In this document: positions 48,201 through 55,000 of the stretch, one piece after another
Layout of the letters: the number at the start of each line of letters is the position of its first letter
Position numbering within the stretch: position 1 is the first letter of the stretch
DNA from: Schizochytrium sp. TIO01
Taxonomy: Eukaryota; Protista; Bigyra: Labyrinthulomycetes
NCBI GenBank assembly: GCA_004764695.1
Contig: SMSO01000031.1
Span: forward strand, 2,704,436 to 2,768,435
Direction: 5' to 3'
Length of the DNA stretch: 64,000 nt
Notes under the pieces: generated by a model
Databases searched by the model: none
What the model was told of the DNA's origin: nothing
What the model saw: the letters and a program-made list of their open reading frames with translations, nothing else
Made by a program: the position numbers and the translations under genes

Positions 48201-50527
48201 AATGTGATTTCAGGAGATGTTTTCAGCTCGAAGCTGTTGCGGAAGGAGGCTGCAGGTATGACGCTTGCAGGAAGTATTTCCTCCTCCGAGTAAAAAGAGA
48301 ACGCGATTGCGCTAGATCCAAGTGCAAAACCACCTTGCCTGGTTTTGGGGTCCACCCAGCAAAGGATTCTGATGTGTTCACCCTCTGCAAGCTTTGGTGG
48401 TTCCAAAACTCCTAATTCTTGTCCAGCATATTTAACAATACCCGTGTCCAACGAGATCCCCCATGTACCTGAGCTTTCTCCCAGGCCACTAAAGTTTTGC
48501 TGATTAGCAGAATCAAAGTCGCAATCCACTGCAACCCAGCCGATCATACAATTCTGAGTATCCCTAGAGACTACTGTCTCCCATGCAAATCGAGCGTTTA
48601 CATCTGTTTCTGGGATAACAGTAATATTATTGAATGAAACAGCTGCACATGGCAACCCAACAATACTAACCTCTGGAGAATTTCGTGGGGGAAGGAGAAC
48701 TTTATTACCACTTCGATACCCACGATGTAGATAGAACGCATGATCCAGGTTGTGTTCTTGGGCAAGAAAGCAGTCAAGACAAAGGTCAAAGCTCTCGCAC
48801 TCGGCACATTCGAATCGACTGCCTACAAGAGGCCCACCGTGAGCGCACGCGTCACAACGGTAGTCTCGGTGTTCCACGGTAGATCGTGAGTCTGAGTCAA
48901 GAAGGATAGTTCTAGAAAGTGTGATACTGAGCCTCTTCTGGTCCAATAACACAGACCGGCCATAAAGCAATGATAAACTCACTCCGGGAGGTTCAGAGTC
49001 ATAAAAGTCTAACTCTTGCTCTTTACTGTACGTACGTTTGAGGTCTTCTCCGTCGTGCTCCTCGTATTGGCTTTCCCCATAGGCTGCATGAATCAACCTG
49101 GAGGATTTATTTACAGCACTTGCCCTCACCCTCCGTGAGGAGGTAGACTGGGCTTCATTTCGGTTTGGTTTCTGAATATTCATGTTTCTTACATGATTTC
49201 TCGCCGAAACTGAAGATGATGCGTTAGGAGGAAGCGGTTGTGTCGTCACCTTTTCAGTCCCTGGCATTGACAATAATGACACGTCAGCCTTAGAGGATTG
49301 TGTACTTTCTTCAGAATCAGCGTATGACGAGGTCGGTCTGGGGATAAATCCTAATCGCATAAACGCACTATGATCATCGGATAAGTCGTCATCTTCTTCC
49401 AATTCTTCCAATACAAGTTCATCGGATGGAATTATAGCGCCAAGCTTGATAAGTTCTTCAAGAGTCATTTCCCGTCGGAGGTCTGCAAGCGCTTGTGTTG
49501 GGGTTGGGATCGACACTTGCGCCAGTGCTTTCAATTCCTGCTCGAGAACGGGATGGGTTTCTGCAAATACGACACCTTCATCAGACTTCACTTCCCGCAA
49601 GTAGATAAAGAGACCAAGCAGACATTTTGCTGCAATAAGGTAGGCTACAAGCGAGTGTCTTATAGATGCGGTTTCGTAGAGTGCTGCGAGCGTTTCCTGC
49701 AACTCAACCATACCTGCTGGATTCAATTCATGCAGGAAAGAGTTTCTCCTTTTGCTTTTTCTTCTTCTCCTAGCTGACCTTGCTCCTGGTGCGTCGAATA
49801 AAGGATATCTGAGTAGCGCTCGATGTAGTACAATGTCTCCCTCAAGCAACAATTGCGTCAGCACAGACTGCAATACGCACCGCCGCAGGGTGAACTCTCT
49901 GCCCGAGGAGGATTTTTTCCCAATCATTTGGGGCTGGGAAGATCTCTCGCGTTCACCATAATTTATATATACCTCGGCAAGCTTCATTTTCAAGCCATCA
50001 ACCACTTGCTTTGCAAAAGCTGGTCCACCGTATGCTACCCCCAGCTCTTCCGTGGCACGATCCACAGCCTCCTCGCCCAGCAACGCAAAAACGTCTGCGT
50101 CTCTGGGAGGTTCTGCAGTGATGCTGTCTTTCATATTATTCATTTTTGTTGAGGTAGTAGTGTCTTTGGAGTTTTGGACATCGTTGCAACTCTGGTTTTC
50201 GAAATTCCCGTTGCGCCGCTTTAGGTGCGGGTCTTGCTGCGAAGCCCTGGCCAACGCTTGAACTTTGTTCGGACTCAGGGCGCGGGCCACAGGACTGAAC
50301 CTTGCTAGGGCTGCTAGGTCATGTGCCAGGCGTTGTACTTGTGCATCTTCGTCGCTGTCTAGATCGTCACTCGGATCGTTCTGGGCAGCATCTTCGTCTT
50401 CATCGTCTTCTTCGCACTGGGGCCACATTGATCCCGGAGCGGGAGTCAAACCAGCTAGTTCTGCTGCAGAAGAAGGTGGCAGATCTTCTCCGCCACGGAC
50501 CTCGAGGTCCTTGGCGGGCTCCCCCAT
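33242..50527 (-). CDS. Giant HECT-domain E3 ubiquitin ligase (ZZ, SPRY x4, LamG/ConA-like, UBA, RanBP2-type zinc finger, MORN, HECT), 5761 aa
   Basis: 17.3-kb uninterrupted ORF. HECT motifs FVKFESEGVDDHGGPYR, FTPEELEKLICG, FWRALEDMTQEERSKFVNFVC and LPQSQTCFFTLGLPEYSS (catalytic Cys ~33378). ZZ CDAC...CAECESFDLCLDC; UBA LMDMGFPRRWAEFAL; NZF WACPACTFLN...CAIC. Confidence 0.95.
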   Translation of the reverse strand: MGEPAKDLEVRGGEDLPPSSAAELAGLTPAPGSMWPQCEEDDEDEDAAQNDPSDDLDSDEDAQVQRLAHDLAALARFSPVARALSPNKVQALARASQQDPHLKRRNGNFENQSCNDVQNSKDTTTSTKMNNMKDSITAEPPRDADVFALLGEEAVDRATEELGVAYGGPAFAKQVVDGLKMKLAEVYINYGERERSSQPQMIGKKSSSGREFTLRRCVLQSVLTQLLLEGDIVLHRALLRYPLFDAPGARSARRRRKSKRRNSFLHELNPAGMVELQETLAALYETASIRHSLVAYLIAAKCLLGLFIYLREVKSDEGVVFAETHPVLEQELKALAQVSIPTPTQALADLRREMTLEELIKLGAIIPSDELVLEELEEDDDLSDDHSAFMRLGFIPRPTSSYADSEESTQSSKADVSLLSMPGTEKVTTQPLPPNASSSVSARNHVRNMNIQKPNRNEAQSTSSRRVRASAVNKSSRLIHAAYGESQYEEHDGEDLKRTYSKEQELDFYDSEPPGVSLSLLYGRSVLLDQKRLSITLSRTILLDSDSRSTVEHRDYRCDACAHGGPLVGSRFECAECESFDLCLDCFLAQEHNLDHAFYLHRGYRSGNKVLLPPRNSPEVSIVGLPCAAVSFNNITVIPETDVNARFAWETVVSRDTQNCMIGWVAVDCDFDSANQQNFSGLGESSGTWGISLDTGIVKYAGQELGVLEPPKLAEGEHIRILCWVDPKTRQGGFALGSSAIAFSFYSEEEILPASVIPAASFRNSFELKTSPEITFNVNLSSILQTWYNPSTHNPADASLPFGTSLYPLAAVVEPACFYIPRGDAVSSAILVDDPGYSSVLKLSEDFTFEAMICWEPELYGTPESAAQIYTLFSRTDLELSKSSYPCTRVGLVGDGYLFTQLQYSESSTWSQKAVIIPGKWHHIRVAVYARSYRRPSVCIVVDGSMVNTDTRKRRLQSDSDASQGDLATPTNESRFILDSFWNTKLEARRGIWVIGAQPRWQIPENELDTTKTNNHEESEVSMKPLVMNQFQGHLAEIRCWKRSLGARELQNRGGRVFELDESLRKILLFRLRADEAEGRYLHRSGDELLELHNCFKIMGEARMDTTFIPYMLKESLQRDTHSAAPVERHSNEKETSHSTGSTPNFSQSILEYAEKITHSMNQREGNQNIIVRLKKARQNIARTFLHTLGSLLRMTREFVSSQKDLLDAGISLDAPTSSVQPHVHTFLLLQSLVRQLVQDLETCRERNTGRKPRSASMNHDDDCDEETTVTWMLISVLQMMKDNLEALSAQKLNPASVGLGLPPQHIHTTASESGIPNVIKLRSSLLDIVDRSKILGGSASSELREGALRCLGEGFGIFYAHPTDRRGVLTQLFLRGSFSQTATSSHSTGSSLVPRADKDREYLLSLLCDNLVMHPNRLAEALQLVPSASKSSTGRTNWTSELSRREALSQVSGPLSGNLRWSVDFVRVSLHPSQSSMSTSAVATAANLNLGSDNVITKRKVVRYMQQVAPSQWLGDCGLNQNEVILVRALPSERVVELYTDLAARVQSGEFSIESTEEDFVGDTETTTRPTHEIKAETAEESHLDSTTNSQQHIRHAKQHASLHKDLVQLVYITLRGITNDLGQRKGNVLSNSSLKQEAGLKLLRIVLSFIQSQVWGETAENISSPTSMHLIQNFLWRGFQLTRLRSASNITMTSLDDNSSSDQPQSNSSEHGDEQISVEAWWSDPIVVDMTTSGPSQFAAAHVDVHGVELSTKFASRFVEVRRDGRTVIHRKNKHWGTVLSNVGYANRSGTHSWKVKIIRCNGNSHMFVGIGGKGMRLDSFIGNDKKSFGFLLGGDIYHNAKATQRGVCSTNTFSSGSTVLLTLDTNAQTLEIADANSTGTHGGSGRIIGLFPLPEVFKHSDDGLIYPAICTYEEGDTAQLVAYTDGEPSHGHWMLNNSKLRSQLNKTVAKNLFVEEVMETILVHVSSAYQHHRGIKLLDSVLTFPIAWILLWPLTNLNWVERVCKHLQIIQRAQLGCSDTDKVCNLTMLTSAALGKVCSALIVSKPISVGLPQYTPGNVNGLHGDSLPTSTFTNESQDTDLENDKPSNKSSSTNDASLLDAPELMKWCNSNLLMHGLRSDGCLLHDLQGRVAWQTSLASHHDVRDKSLLPVIEDQHTAKHSALPDGVVDIISNRGAARHLHQWLSRHLNLHQYPKDGAAYDDDISRVTLGIVAAMLHHTGWLNVAMQMAHDLAEHPSSKEVQVRPHPDLVAIWRSAHETRAWIVRQMKSSTSTQGLNSGGTFLHSIKQAVRFLFDFEPAISPSDEEINAPAAALAAFRESLGLPLSFQSMLPSSRSTSNLSSTASHLQSKLGSPPTLTPTSSVPSFQEMGRSRFLARSRSLGSSSIRSSWSLGQSLLSSAASRAYATFQDVVSQVVSFIHDILSPNEVTIGRLHDRFIRLRLCASMRERGFRALAATLSNMPLSIHTLPLYAAALLPVSSALRNWQDESTSTNQKPWHYLTDLGASGVESQMSVAAGFAALGRSLAELLQASSVFPPYHAASLHLAILDTLGVKLAPVDHELLARTSLLETLHRIMDSTREAIGEDSQIDGPKKMSDQDVQTNVANQLVGRAAMKTFYLLCSQVAASRPVTNSSVSKDMHPMLLSHVRSGPQSLNASVFNLLLHELCSAAEIFTESKEEQEQNNNPRDAPEPADDSEKVTFLPENRSFETKAFLPDMQDDAVLHMEEITSVVLSTCTTPSCHRRISSPEWLSILCSLAQNGPDSVQQNIFRIFRGMLPLINPSEVHLEDNEVHNIGEFLLEIAAGGFYASCNSSLQESKLLQSIEAIRTLRKLQRFSHWKSTIHSLLEHAIDAGSAILTSAGEGEASTPATSVSSGLDEGDTATIDSHASGRELDGGQAKTFAFCNAALAVISGTVLKLMPGAPVHAFDPMHFIIEMNTTSSAFYQLAWTQSGGSKDLSDLEKLEVWRRFENRSTKTINFDKQLIHIGADHVYLRQDINAVRLNTDSGLLKALQHFSQESLPYGSWLTSSWRRDFELFSTAPKTINVRDAPDDAAAVIGNLNPLFDPEEKKSSLVVTASQRVGLWIQLESFHENNVEDKQDATLSQAAWVKIQDAENDYVLRPKLESQVKTSLCYQKALAQLLGIQALANLSFQKSQKTKNLEDRPLQSIDSASATLSYFPERNLSVMLDLAFRKIPLFRIPDLNVLSERLTILLDELSRGRNSMQGSQTMQDGSKTAESVQSLDELGIQSNADEIALDSIELSSNHQAQSGAAADLAPRRSRRMAGENSNSSRRVAVPAESVLTLMDMGFPRRWAEFALQRNGLDVTAAISYICTHGDLLDERIALAMSRSQDEQSEEEAEEPSYSIDDEPEEVSRSEITSGVTDDAQNESGGTDSRGSENPAPTAAAAAAAAISASSGNKEETPHVCPGEDDYLEMDNLDRNVDENELASASSISSYTGWDNRGQGLEGKVHIGGRRSGSKYRNEKNRMHSELQRASQRHWGPSADSRASYCHLLEKYSLADLYEEFRYLAEVLSVLQARVVILRILIVEGGSFNAFINETQRAKLVQLLVSESFQKFPLYAHDCLRSITGDAKACLWNIPKSIYEFSSTCISRSKSFVAELLLCVKQTLRRAASAEFSADTQQVRDDSFSAVESSESMLWFVDWATRQLLSVAPLGSELHLTLFTTWLLALRSPSVRIKISALSMLSDFLDAAASIENGATRINSLYTMIQALPWSRLLALINRLLRRRDGASPGPSLFCKELLQFVAKVEQYKALLPSETTAMKSSQLELTQSGFMELRDVNGEALDSLQPPWTASFWIRHPPGKDNQHSELGAEPRIILGDSSSSSSLQIILTSNKLGIRFSDGKISSFGFTLPAPKEGEEVQPWTKLTLVCADYPETDAMNKMFLHHHMGCMPKTDEKGGSQKNLKGYKKDSYSTLDAEGEEYSTEDESEVGDDNAEAESNWTHDEDDVESYLSDGVFQMNTMGVEAYLQFHKISHSKERTTPKSLYQRTARSKPRPGLRSNIQTQEIVHILAYENDVLRGSICSKSSQSALGIREVGSPVGASFDGSIGRLCLWKRAMSGEQAKEISRHLLSLGSNVQTIKTERPGMECETAEPILALSELYSYWDFTHDTNSLSNNVLNTDTECNDSPHVKPPKEILSSVHMLIEALHHKHVGILRSGARITSFSEDHESCLSKQSESDTGSLKLQTALYERIEPSLHYLISKTKFSGVILWDLEEISLLRQVAVPMDFQTAHLPMHLYLRLTGDCKLVGHFECTEHDKNVWCKVEGHIDASSHNFEIYVTQVVLAENESRRWLSNLMFEGHESNGELEGTWKTSRKLPHWHVLSEDAPTMRAVARSAPAYLSLDEEGQLIRATCDILHLQSTFPPFVLDQRPTVSTWSTVILETGRWYPVLQSSSNNDEAEEQSLENDSMPHAMEPATWACPACTFLNQLDHSCCAICTTPNPDQSNNSQGGDVEAALFTLDAEGVWEPNSGVYMWEFQVKGSAGSLQRDDVSFGLCAKGTPLRDHLGATEHSWGISSSGLSWFKGRNKALLKDPLRDGDKISLELDSDHGRVSIFINDKEVALCDRSALRRGTECLFDNALFPAIAISARANVSILCLGLKHGQGTVHFSELKRYTNRSESGSLVRFDGSWKLGRRSGPGILKEASGTVFEGNWVDGLLEGWCKVTSRSASEVKYEFFEKGIASSTTKATTVPPENFTKFSLKDASDESKNQQQESQADNLFDMQGKFAFSSHQLVRLDPTTAGPGIHVSADCLSAEYVGVGPDAGKRSHVLGAEGYSRGMHYWEARVMGMQWGSTLIGVTDRHPSQDDSPRLRPGNEARGEGWGDGFGFVNYRATHSPDGEQLYGSFYAVNDVVGVLLDMDRGRLYFFKDFQDYQSGDKQVIVDLGLAYDQLRQKCRLGRRKRIPSEDIKLYPCFGMSKVHDKITMEKTRSLEYNEEPEASMVFEYSQTVNMFREILAPRPSADEIPLTWRDELFSVWENTNDSIGSMRTVWSLGRIPVHIHISAGACAAASVASLGNVQVGDRLNSPRGPVTILGARNGALWYCVDGSDEALFWPPAELRSLVKDKKVWLEDDQHKELQTMKEAHSMLPSTFTPDDLVNALQGRNDVWTDALDRELVLVVNVLCDRYACEPEHLQLISLVKEMQHAETASQTMRRLIGLGPQRLIARFIILLTINIRIRKIFELVNLETTVSDPGQIVFASDHRSGDGEQSRLACRKMQVAGLLAYGRSLIFTRTKLEYWNACIARTTTPTIPAADEYDAPPDFPSVRVNRIIAGDQRLAALEEHDRLQTSVFGQIMVKTGMESWPARKLRRAYSHIQDATQQRCFFVKFESEGVDDHGGPYRAVFQIAIEEEAAGPLQILVPCPNAADGALANADRMVFTPLRHQLEDEEDEEVQNTGNKISSGTFTSRKCSGRSDGEAKWPSGAAGSERCIKFLGRLLGVATRHSIHIGLCLAHIIWRPLVGLPIGWRELHEIDSFTTRSLRQIESLSREQWDDEDAAWSELLLDRLGDAKHNLPAGSVITHHGKPSKIPFEARFTVVEEIVRQSVLTAAAPVTTFMQGLEEILPTRNFILFTPEELEKLICGAPEIDIELLKRATIYEDVDPEAPHVVNFWRALEDMTQEERSKFVNFVCARSRLPSSVDKFPMSFKIIPLIRKQDNDEEADGKAMASSDGMLPQSQTCFFTLGLPEYSSKEVCYEKLLYAANNCNTMEDFDEHDAQAFSGLE
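40277..40302. repeat. Trinucleotide repeat encoding poly-Ala inside the HECT ligase
   Basis: (GCA)n on the + strand encodes TAAAAAAAAIS on the - strand. Confidence 0.85.
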
Positions 50528-51471
50528 ACCGCTCTCGAGGCTCTGCAGGGAGTTTCAAACCTTTCTTTAGCGTTGAACGGGTTTTGGGCTTCGCTCGACT
50601 TTGATTTGGTCTCGTTCCTCCTTGGGGATCTATCTTACTACTATGCTGGTGTTTCTTTGTGTTATCTTTTCATCTCTGTGTAAGTATGCCTATAAGGTAT
50701 CTACTACTCTCTCCTCTTTTTATTGAGTATTGTTGGAGTTGATCAATCAACAAAGACTAAGTTCTCGTTATGCATTGAGGCTATCCCACTGTTTGGCAAG
50801 CCTTTTCAGTCAATCTATAGCCGCAGGCAGCAGGCACCTGCTAATCTCTCCCTATCCATGGCTTTATCTCCGAGCGATCGCAATTTGGGAGGGTGCTCTC
50901 GGAGGTTGATCCGCGTCAGCATACTTATAGTGTGAGGGTGAATTATCTTTTAGGTTCCTCCTCTTCGTTCTACCTATCTCTTCGTAGTTCCTCAAACTCG
51001 CTCCTACTCCTACTAGCTCTAATTAGTTACTACGGTAATTAACCAGAATATCTTTTCCTCACCGCAGGGATTTTTTTTTTAAATTCTAAAAGAATAGAAT
51101 CAGTAGTAGATGATTACGGAAAACCTCTAGCAAAGAAGGCAATTTTGGGAACTGAGAGAAAAAAAATCTTTGTCATATGCGGAATTAGTCACACAAGAAT
51201 ATATTTCGAAACATTGCAAGGTGTTTAAAGTTGGAATTCTGCTATTAGCGTGGCAGTTGGCTTCTCTATGCACTTCTTCAGTTTTCATAGCTATAGATAG
51301 GGTGCGTTCAACCAAAGAACTTGAAGGTAGCATACAAAACTTAAAACGCGCGAAGTCTCTCGCTTTCCATCTGTAGAGAACCTTAGATAACTTTAAGTTC
51401 TTGAGATGCATTTTAGATTTAAATTCGAAAGTGCATGCTCCATTGTGTGGAAAGAAGGCCAGAGTCTTGGT

Positions 51472-51936
51472 TTATGCCTGTTTTTCTTCGAACTGGGGCA
51501 TTTCTTGATTTTTGGCTTGTGTTTTATACTCCCGAAGTAGCCTTGATAAAATCATGAGTGGACTTTGGGATTCGAAGGTCACTGCAGAACGAGGGGAACC
51601 TGATTCTTCACTTCCAGAGTCTGACGATGATTCGTCACTGCTAGATGGTTCGCTGTCAGATTCTTCATCAGAGTCATCCTGAAATACTTCGCTTTTGTTA
51701 TCTCCCTGATCATCAGCATTGTCTTCATGAAATCCACCTTTTAAGTTCTTTTTCCTGCTCTTCTTAAGAAAATCAGCATTTGCAAGCTTGTACTCTGCGA
51801 GTAGTTTGTCCAATGCAAAATGAAGAGCTTCATTGAGCTCGCCTTGCAAGTTTGCATATTGTGGAAGGGCTTCCATTGCTTCTCCAAGTGAGCCTAAGCA
51901 ACGTTTTAAAGTCGGCGCTATTGTAGCAACCAAAAG
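51472..51936 (-). CDS. Terminal exon of a hypothetical protein with an acidic Ser-rich tail; upstream exons unresolved (~52045-52310)
   Basis: The ORF begins right after a TTTGTAG acceptor. A candidate phase-0 donor AAG|GTGCGT near 52044 would add ...LLHSAWLHRSASTRK. D/E/S-rich region DDSDEESDSEPSSSDESSSDS. Confidence 0.5.
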   Translation of the reverse strand, partial: LLVATIAPTLKRCLGSLGEAMEALPQYANLQGELNEALHFALDKLLAEYKLANADFLKKSRKKNLKGGFHEDNADDQGDNKSEVFQDDSDEESDSEPSSSDESSSDSGSEESGSPRSAVTFESQSPLMILSRLLREYKTQAKNQEMPQFEEKQA

Positions 51937-52483
51937 CTACAAAACTTGCGCCCTGAAGGGAAAGTTCTGATTGTCCCCTGACTGCTCCTTTCTCAGCGGC
52001 ACGGGCTGAATCCAAGACCAGGACCTCCCGCGACTTTACGCACCTTGCGTGTTGATGCTGAGCGATGCAACCATGCGCTGTGCAACAAGGCCTGGCGCTT
52101 TCCAATGCTGACAATGACTTCAAGTTCTTGCCCTCATGTTCATCTCAGTAGTACTTTGTTAGTCATTTCCATAGTAGTAGGTATACCTGGCATTAAGATG
52201 CGTCACAGTTCCTCAACGGATAGCCTGAATTGTAAGACCTTGAGTAGGAGACCTCCTACTTCTAGTTCTACGACAGAGATTAACGAGTAGTGACCATATA
52301 GATAGACGGAGCATGTATGGAGAATATTTTTAAGCAAGCAAGCAAGCTAAGGATAACTACTAACACTATAGGTGCTTGCATGTGCAAAGTGCCTATCTGG
52401 TTGGACTGACTATTCTCTGGTTTCTGACTACGAGTTTAGCAAAGAGTGCCACAGTAGAAACCAATGTCGATACAAAATTTAAC

Positions 52484-54739
52484 ATGAGTCAAGAGATTGC
52501 AGAACTGTATCTTGAAACCTTTGAAGGATTGCGAGACATTCTTGGTCTAGAAAACAGAGCTGAGGCAGATTTGGAGGTTTCAAATGGAACTCGCTTGGAC
52601 CTTTATGAGCCAAACCATCATTCGGATTGGGATGAAGCCGCGCATCTCGTGAGCGAAGCTCTCCGCGATGGTGTACGGACATCTTTTGTCCAATCTCTCA
52701 AGAAGGTGTACCGACAACGGAAATCTGATCATTCGGTTAATGATTTTCAACTTAATAGTAGCGGCGCTCCCTCCGGACTTCTGAGCTCTCCAACATCCTC
52801 TGCGACTCTTGTTGGAGTTGGTAGTCTTCAAAGACTTAGCCTTCACCGCGAAGGAAGTGCTCGCATCACTCTTGACACCGTTGGTCTACCAAGTGTTTCA
52901 GAAAAGCATAGCCTTCAAGAAGGCAGCAATGCAAAGGTAGAGGACTCTTTACAAAGTACTATGTCCTTGGATGACTCTCAGAATTTTTTAAATCGTCTAC
53001 GATCCAGTGACCCGCGTCGACTTACACGAGAGTCTTCAAAAAACAGTCTTCTCGGTGCTAACAGCCGAGATACAGTCAGTGAAACGCCAGAAGCTAGGGA
53101 GTCTCGCGTACTTCAACAAAGGCAACTCACGCTGAAAAGGTTTGTCAATGGTGCTAATGTCACTCTCGCCAAGGTTATTGCTATACACGATCGTATTAGT
53201 CACTCTATGAAAGGGGTCGCCACAATTGAGGTCTCCCGATTTACTTCAGCTGTTGCTTTGGAAGTTACAACTGTGAATAGTAGCTCGCGAAGACGCTCAA
53301 CTCTTTTGCAGCAACAACAACAGCTGCAACGGAATGAAGGTTCCATGAAAAATCGAAAGCCACTTCCAAATTTCTCAAGTAGTGGCGACCTCATCGGACA
53401 AAATCGGAGCCGAACTAATCTCTTAGAAACTGCTGGGTCGAGTTCAAATCTTGAGAGGCAACCAAGCAGTTCAATGGTTTCCAACACAGCTCCAACAGGC
53501 GTAAGTCGAGAAGTGATGGATCCTCTTATGTTTGATCTTTTAAACGCATACGAAGAACCATTGCTAGAAGGTGCTGAGTCAAGTCAGGTTGTTCAAACCG
53601 TCAAGCGGCGTTCTGTTATCAAAACTCCTGAAATTGTCTCAAGTTCATTATCTTATCGTCAACGTCGGGTTCTTCCTCTTAGACTTGTGGACTATCGGCA
53701 GTTATTGTTTCAAATGAGCCGCGCATGCTCATGCGGTGTTCGAGATCGCGTGGCTTTGTTTTTCAAGCTCTATGGTGAGAAGGGGGAAATATTAATTGAT
53801 GGCTTGTGTGCCTTACTATACCTTGGGGATCGAATCATTGCAACATCTCTGCGAGACGCTGAGCGATTTATTAGATCTCTTGACCAGGACGGAGATAATT
53901 CTGTTACTTTGGATGAGTTTCAAAATGCAATTGAGAGAAACCCTTTCATTTTGGAAAACATTGTCCGTGCGCATGTTTCCGTTCAGGAATCCTCTGAACT
54001 TCATCAACAAGCGCTTCGAGCATTTGTTCACCGCACTAGCCTCTCTTGGGCTGGGATGTGCGAGTTGTGGACTTCGCTTAATCAATTATTAAAACAAGTT
54101 CATCAACATCAGCAAATGATGCAAAATTTGAGTATACAAGAGGGTTTAGCAGCTCCCTATGAAGGAAACGTACCAACGCTATTGCGTCCATCCTCATCAT
54201 TCTCACGCGCTACATTTGGTACGTTTGAATCAACGACAAGAAAGTCAACCAGTACTAAGATGCAACCACAAAATGAAAACCTGGAGGACGATGACGAGAG
54301 AGTTTTGGTATCAAGAGAGAATTTTGAGACACAGTTGTGCGCGATGCTCCGTCCACCTGAGCCTGACGATGCGCAATTAGTCAGTGATTTAAGTGGGTGC
54401 TTTCTAGGTCGGGTACGACCTGGCTATGTAGACGTAAGAGCGTTTGTTTCAGCGCTCGGAGCTACTCTTGGAGAGCTCAATGTTGGAATTTCAGACTGTC
54501 ATTACAAGGCGAAGTTGTACTTCAGCCTTCATAACCTGGACAATGATGGCGTCCTAACTCGCGAAGAAATATATCGAATGCTTTTTACAAGCAGCACAAA
54601 TTTGGGAAGGAAAATCCTCCAAGCTGCTTCTATTTTACGCGACCTCGACGCAGATGGGGATGGAACTATTTCTCAAGAGGAGTTCCTGCGAGCTGCGCAG
54701 AAAGATCCTCGGTTCCTTGGTTTTTTCCAACAGTTCTAA
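52484..54739 (+). CDS. EF-hand calcium sensor with two calcineurin-B/NCS-like modules and a long Ser-rich N-terminus (~751 aa)
   Basis: Canonical loops DQDGDNSVTLDEF, NLDNDGVLTREEI and DADGDGTISQEEF; first in-frame ATG at 52484. Confidence 0.85.
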   Translation: MSQEIAELYLETFEGLRDILGLENRAEADLEVSNGTRLDLYEPNHHSDWDEAAHLVSEALRDGVRTSFVQSLKKVYRQRKSDHSVNDFQLNSSGAPSGLLSSPTSSATLVGVGSLQRLSLHREGSARITLDTVGLPSVSEKHSLQEGSNAKVEDSLQSTMSLDDSQNFLNRLRSSDPRRLTRESSKNSLLGANSRDTVSETPEARESRVLQQRQLTLKRFVNGANVTLAKVIAIHDRISHSMKGVATIEVSRFTSAVALEVTTVNSSSRRRSTLLQQQQQLQRNEGSMKNRKPLPNFSSSGDLIGQNRSRTNLLETAGSSSNLERQPSSSMVSNTAPTGVSREVMDPLMFDLLNAYEEPLLEGAESSQVVQTVKRRSVIKTPEIVSSSLSYRQRRVLPLRLVDYRQLLFQMSRACSCGVRDRVALFFKLYGEKGEILIDGLCALLYLGDRIIATSLRDAERFIRSLDQDGDNSVTLDEFQNAIERNPFILENIVRAHVSVQESSELHQQALRAFVHRTSLSWAGMCELWTSLNQLLKQVHQHQQMMQNLSIQEGLAAPYEGNVPTLLRPSSSFSRATFGTFESTTRKSTSTKMQPQNENLEDDDERVLVSRENFETQLCAMLRPPEPDDAQLVSDLSGCFLGRVRPGYVDVRAFVSALGATLGELNVGISDCHYKAKLYFSLHNLDNDGVLTREEIYRMLFTSSTNLGRKILQAASILRDLDADGDGTISQEEFLRAAQKDPRFLGFFQQF

Positions 54740-55000
54740 GTATTACAACCATTTTTTCTTTTCATGTAATCAGAAGACATCTAGATTCGTCGCTTTAAGC
54801 TTTCGATTGGAACAAGGCAAGGCGATTTAATATACAAGGGTAACCAAGGAAGAAAGAGAAAGATTAAACAGAGAAAAGAGGTAAAGAAACGAACAGGACT
54901 TCAAAAATGAAAACATGAAAATACGTGACCTGGAAAACATTTTTTTTTTTTTGCTCAGTGCAGCGGTGCTATCAAGGTCGCGAAACCTGTATTCAAACAC

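Noticed and set aside
33630-50604. Many 60-217-aa ORFs nested in or antisense to the HECT gene (likewise within the Ig receptor gene)
   Set aside because: Expected shadow ORFs of long coding regions; no motifs.
52376-52483. Signal-peptide-like N-terminus on the EF-hand protein in the ORF track
   Set aside because: It depends on a TTG start. The first ATG is at 52484 and the protein looks cytosolic.
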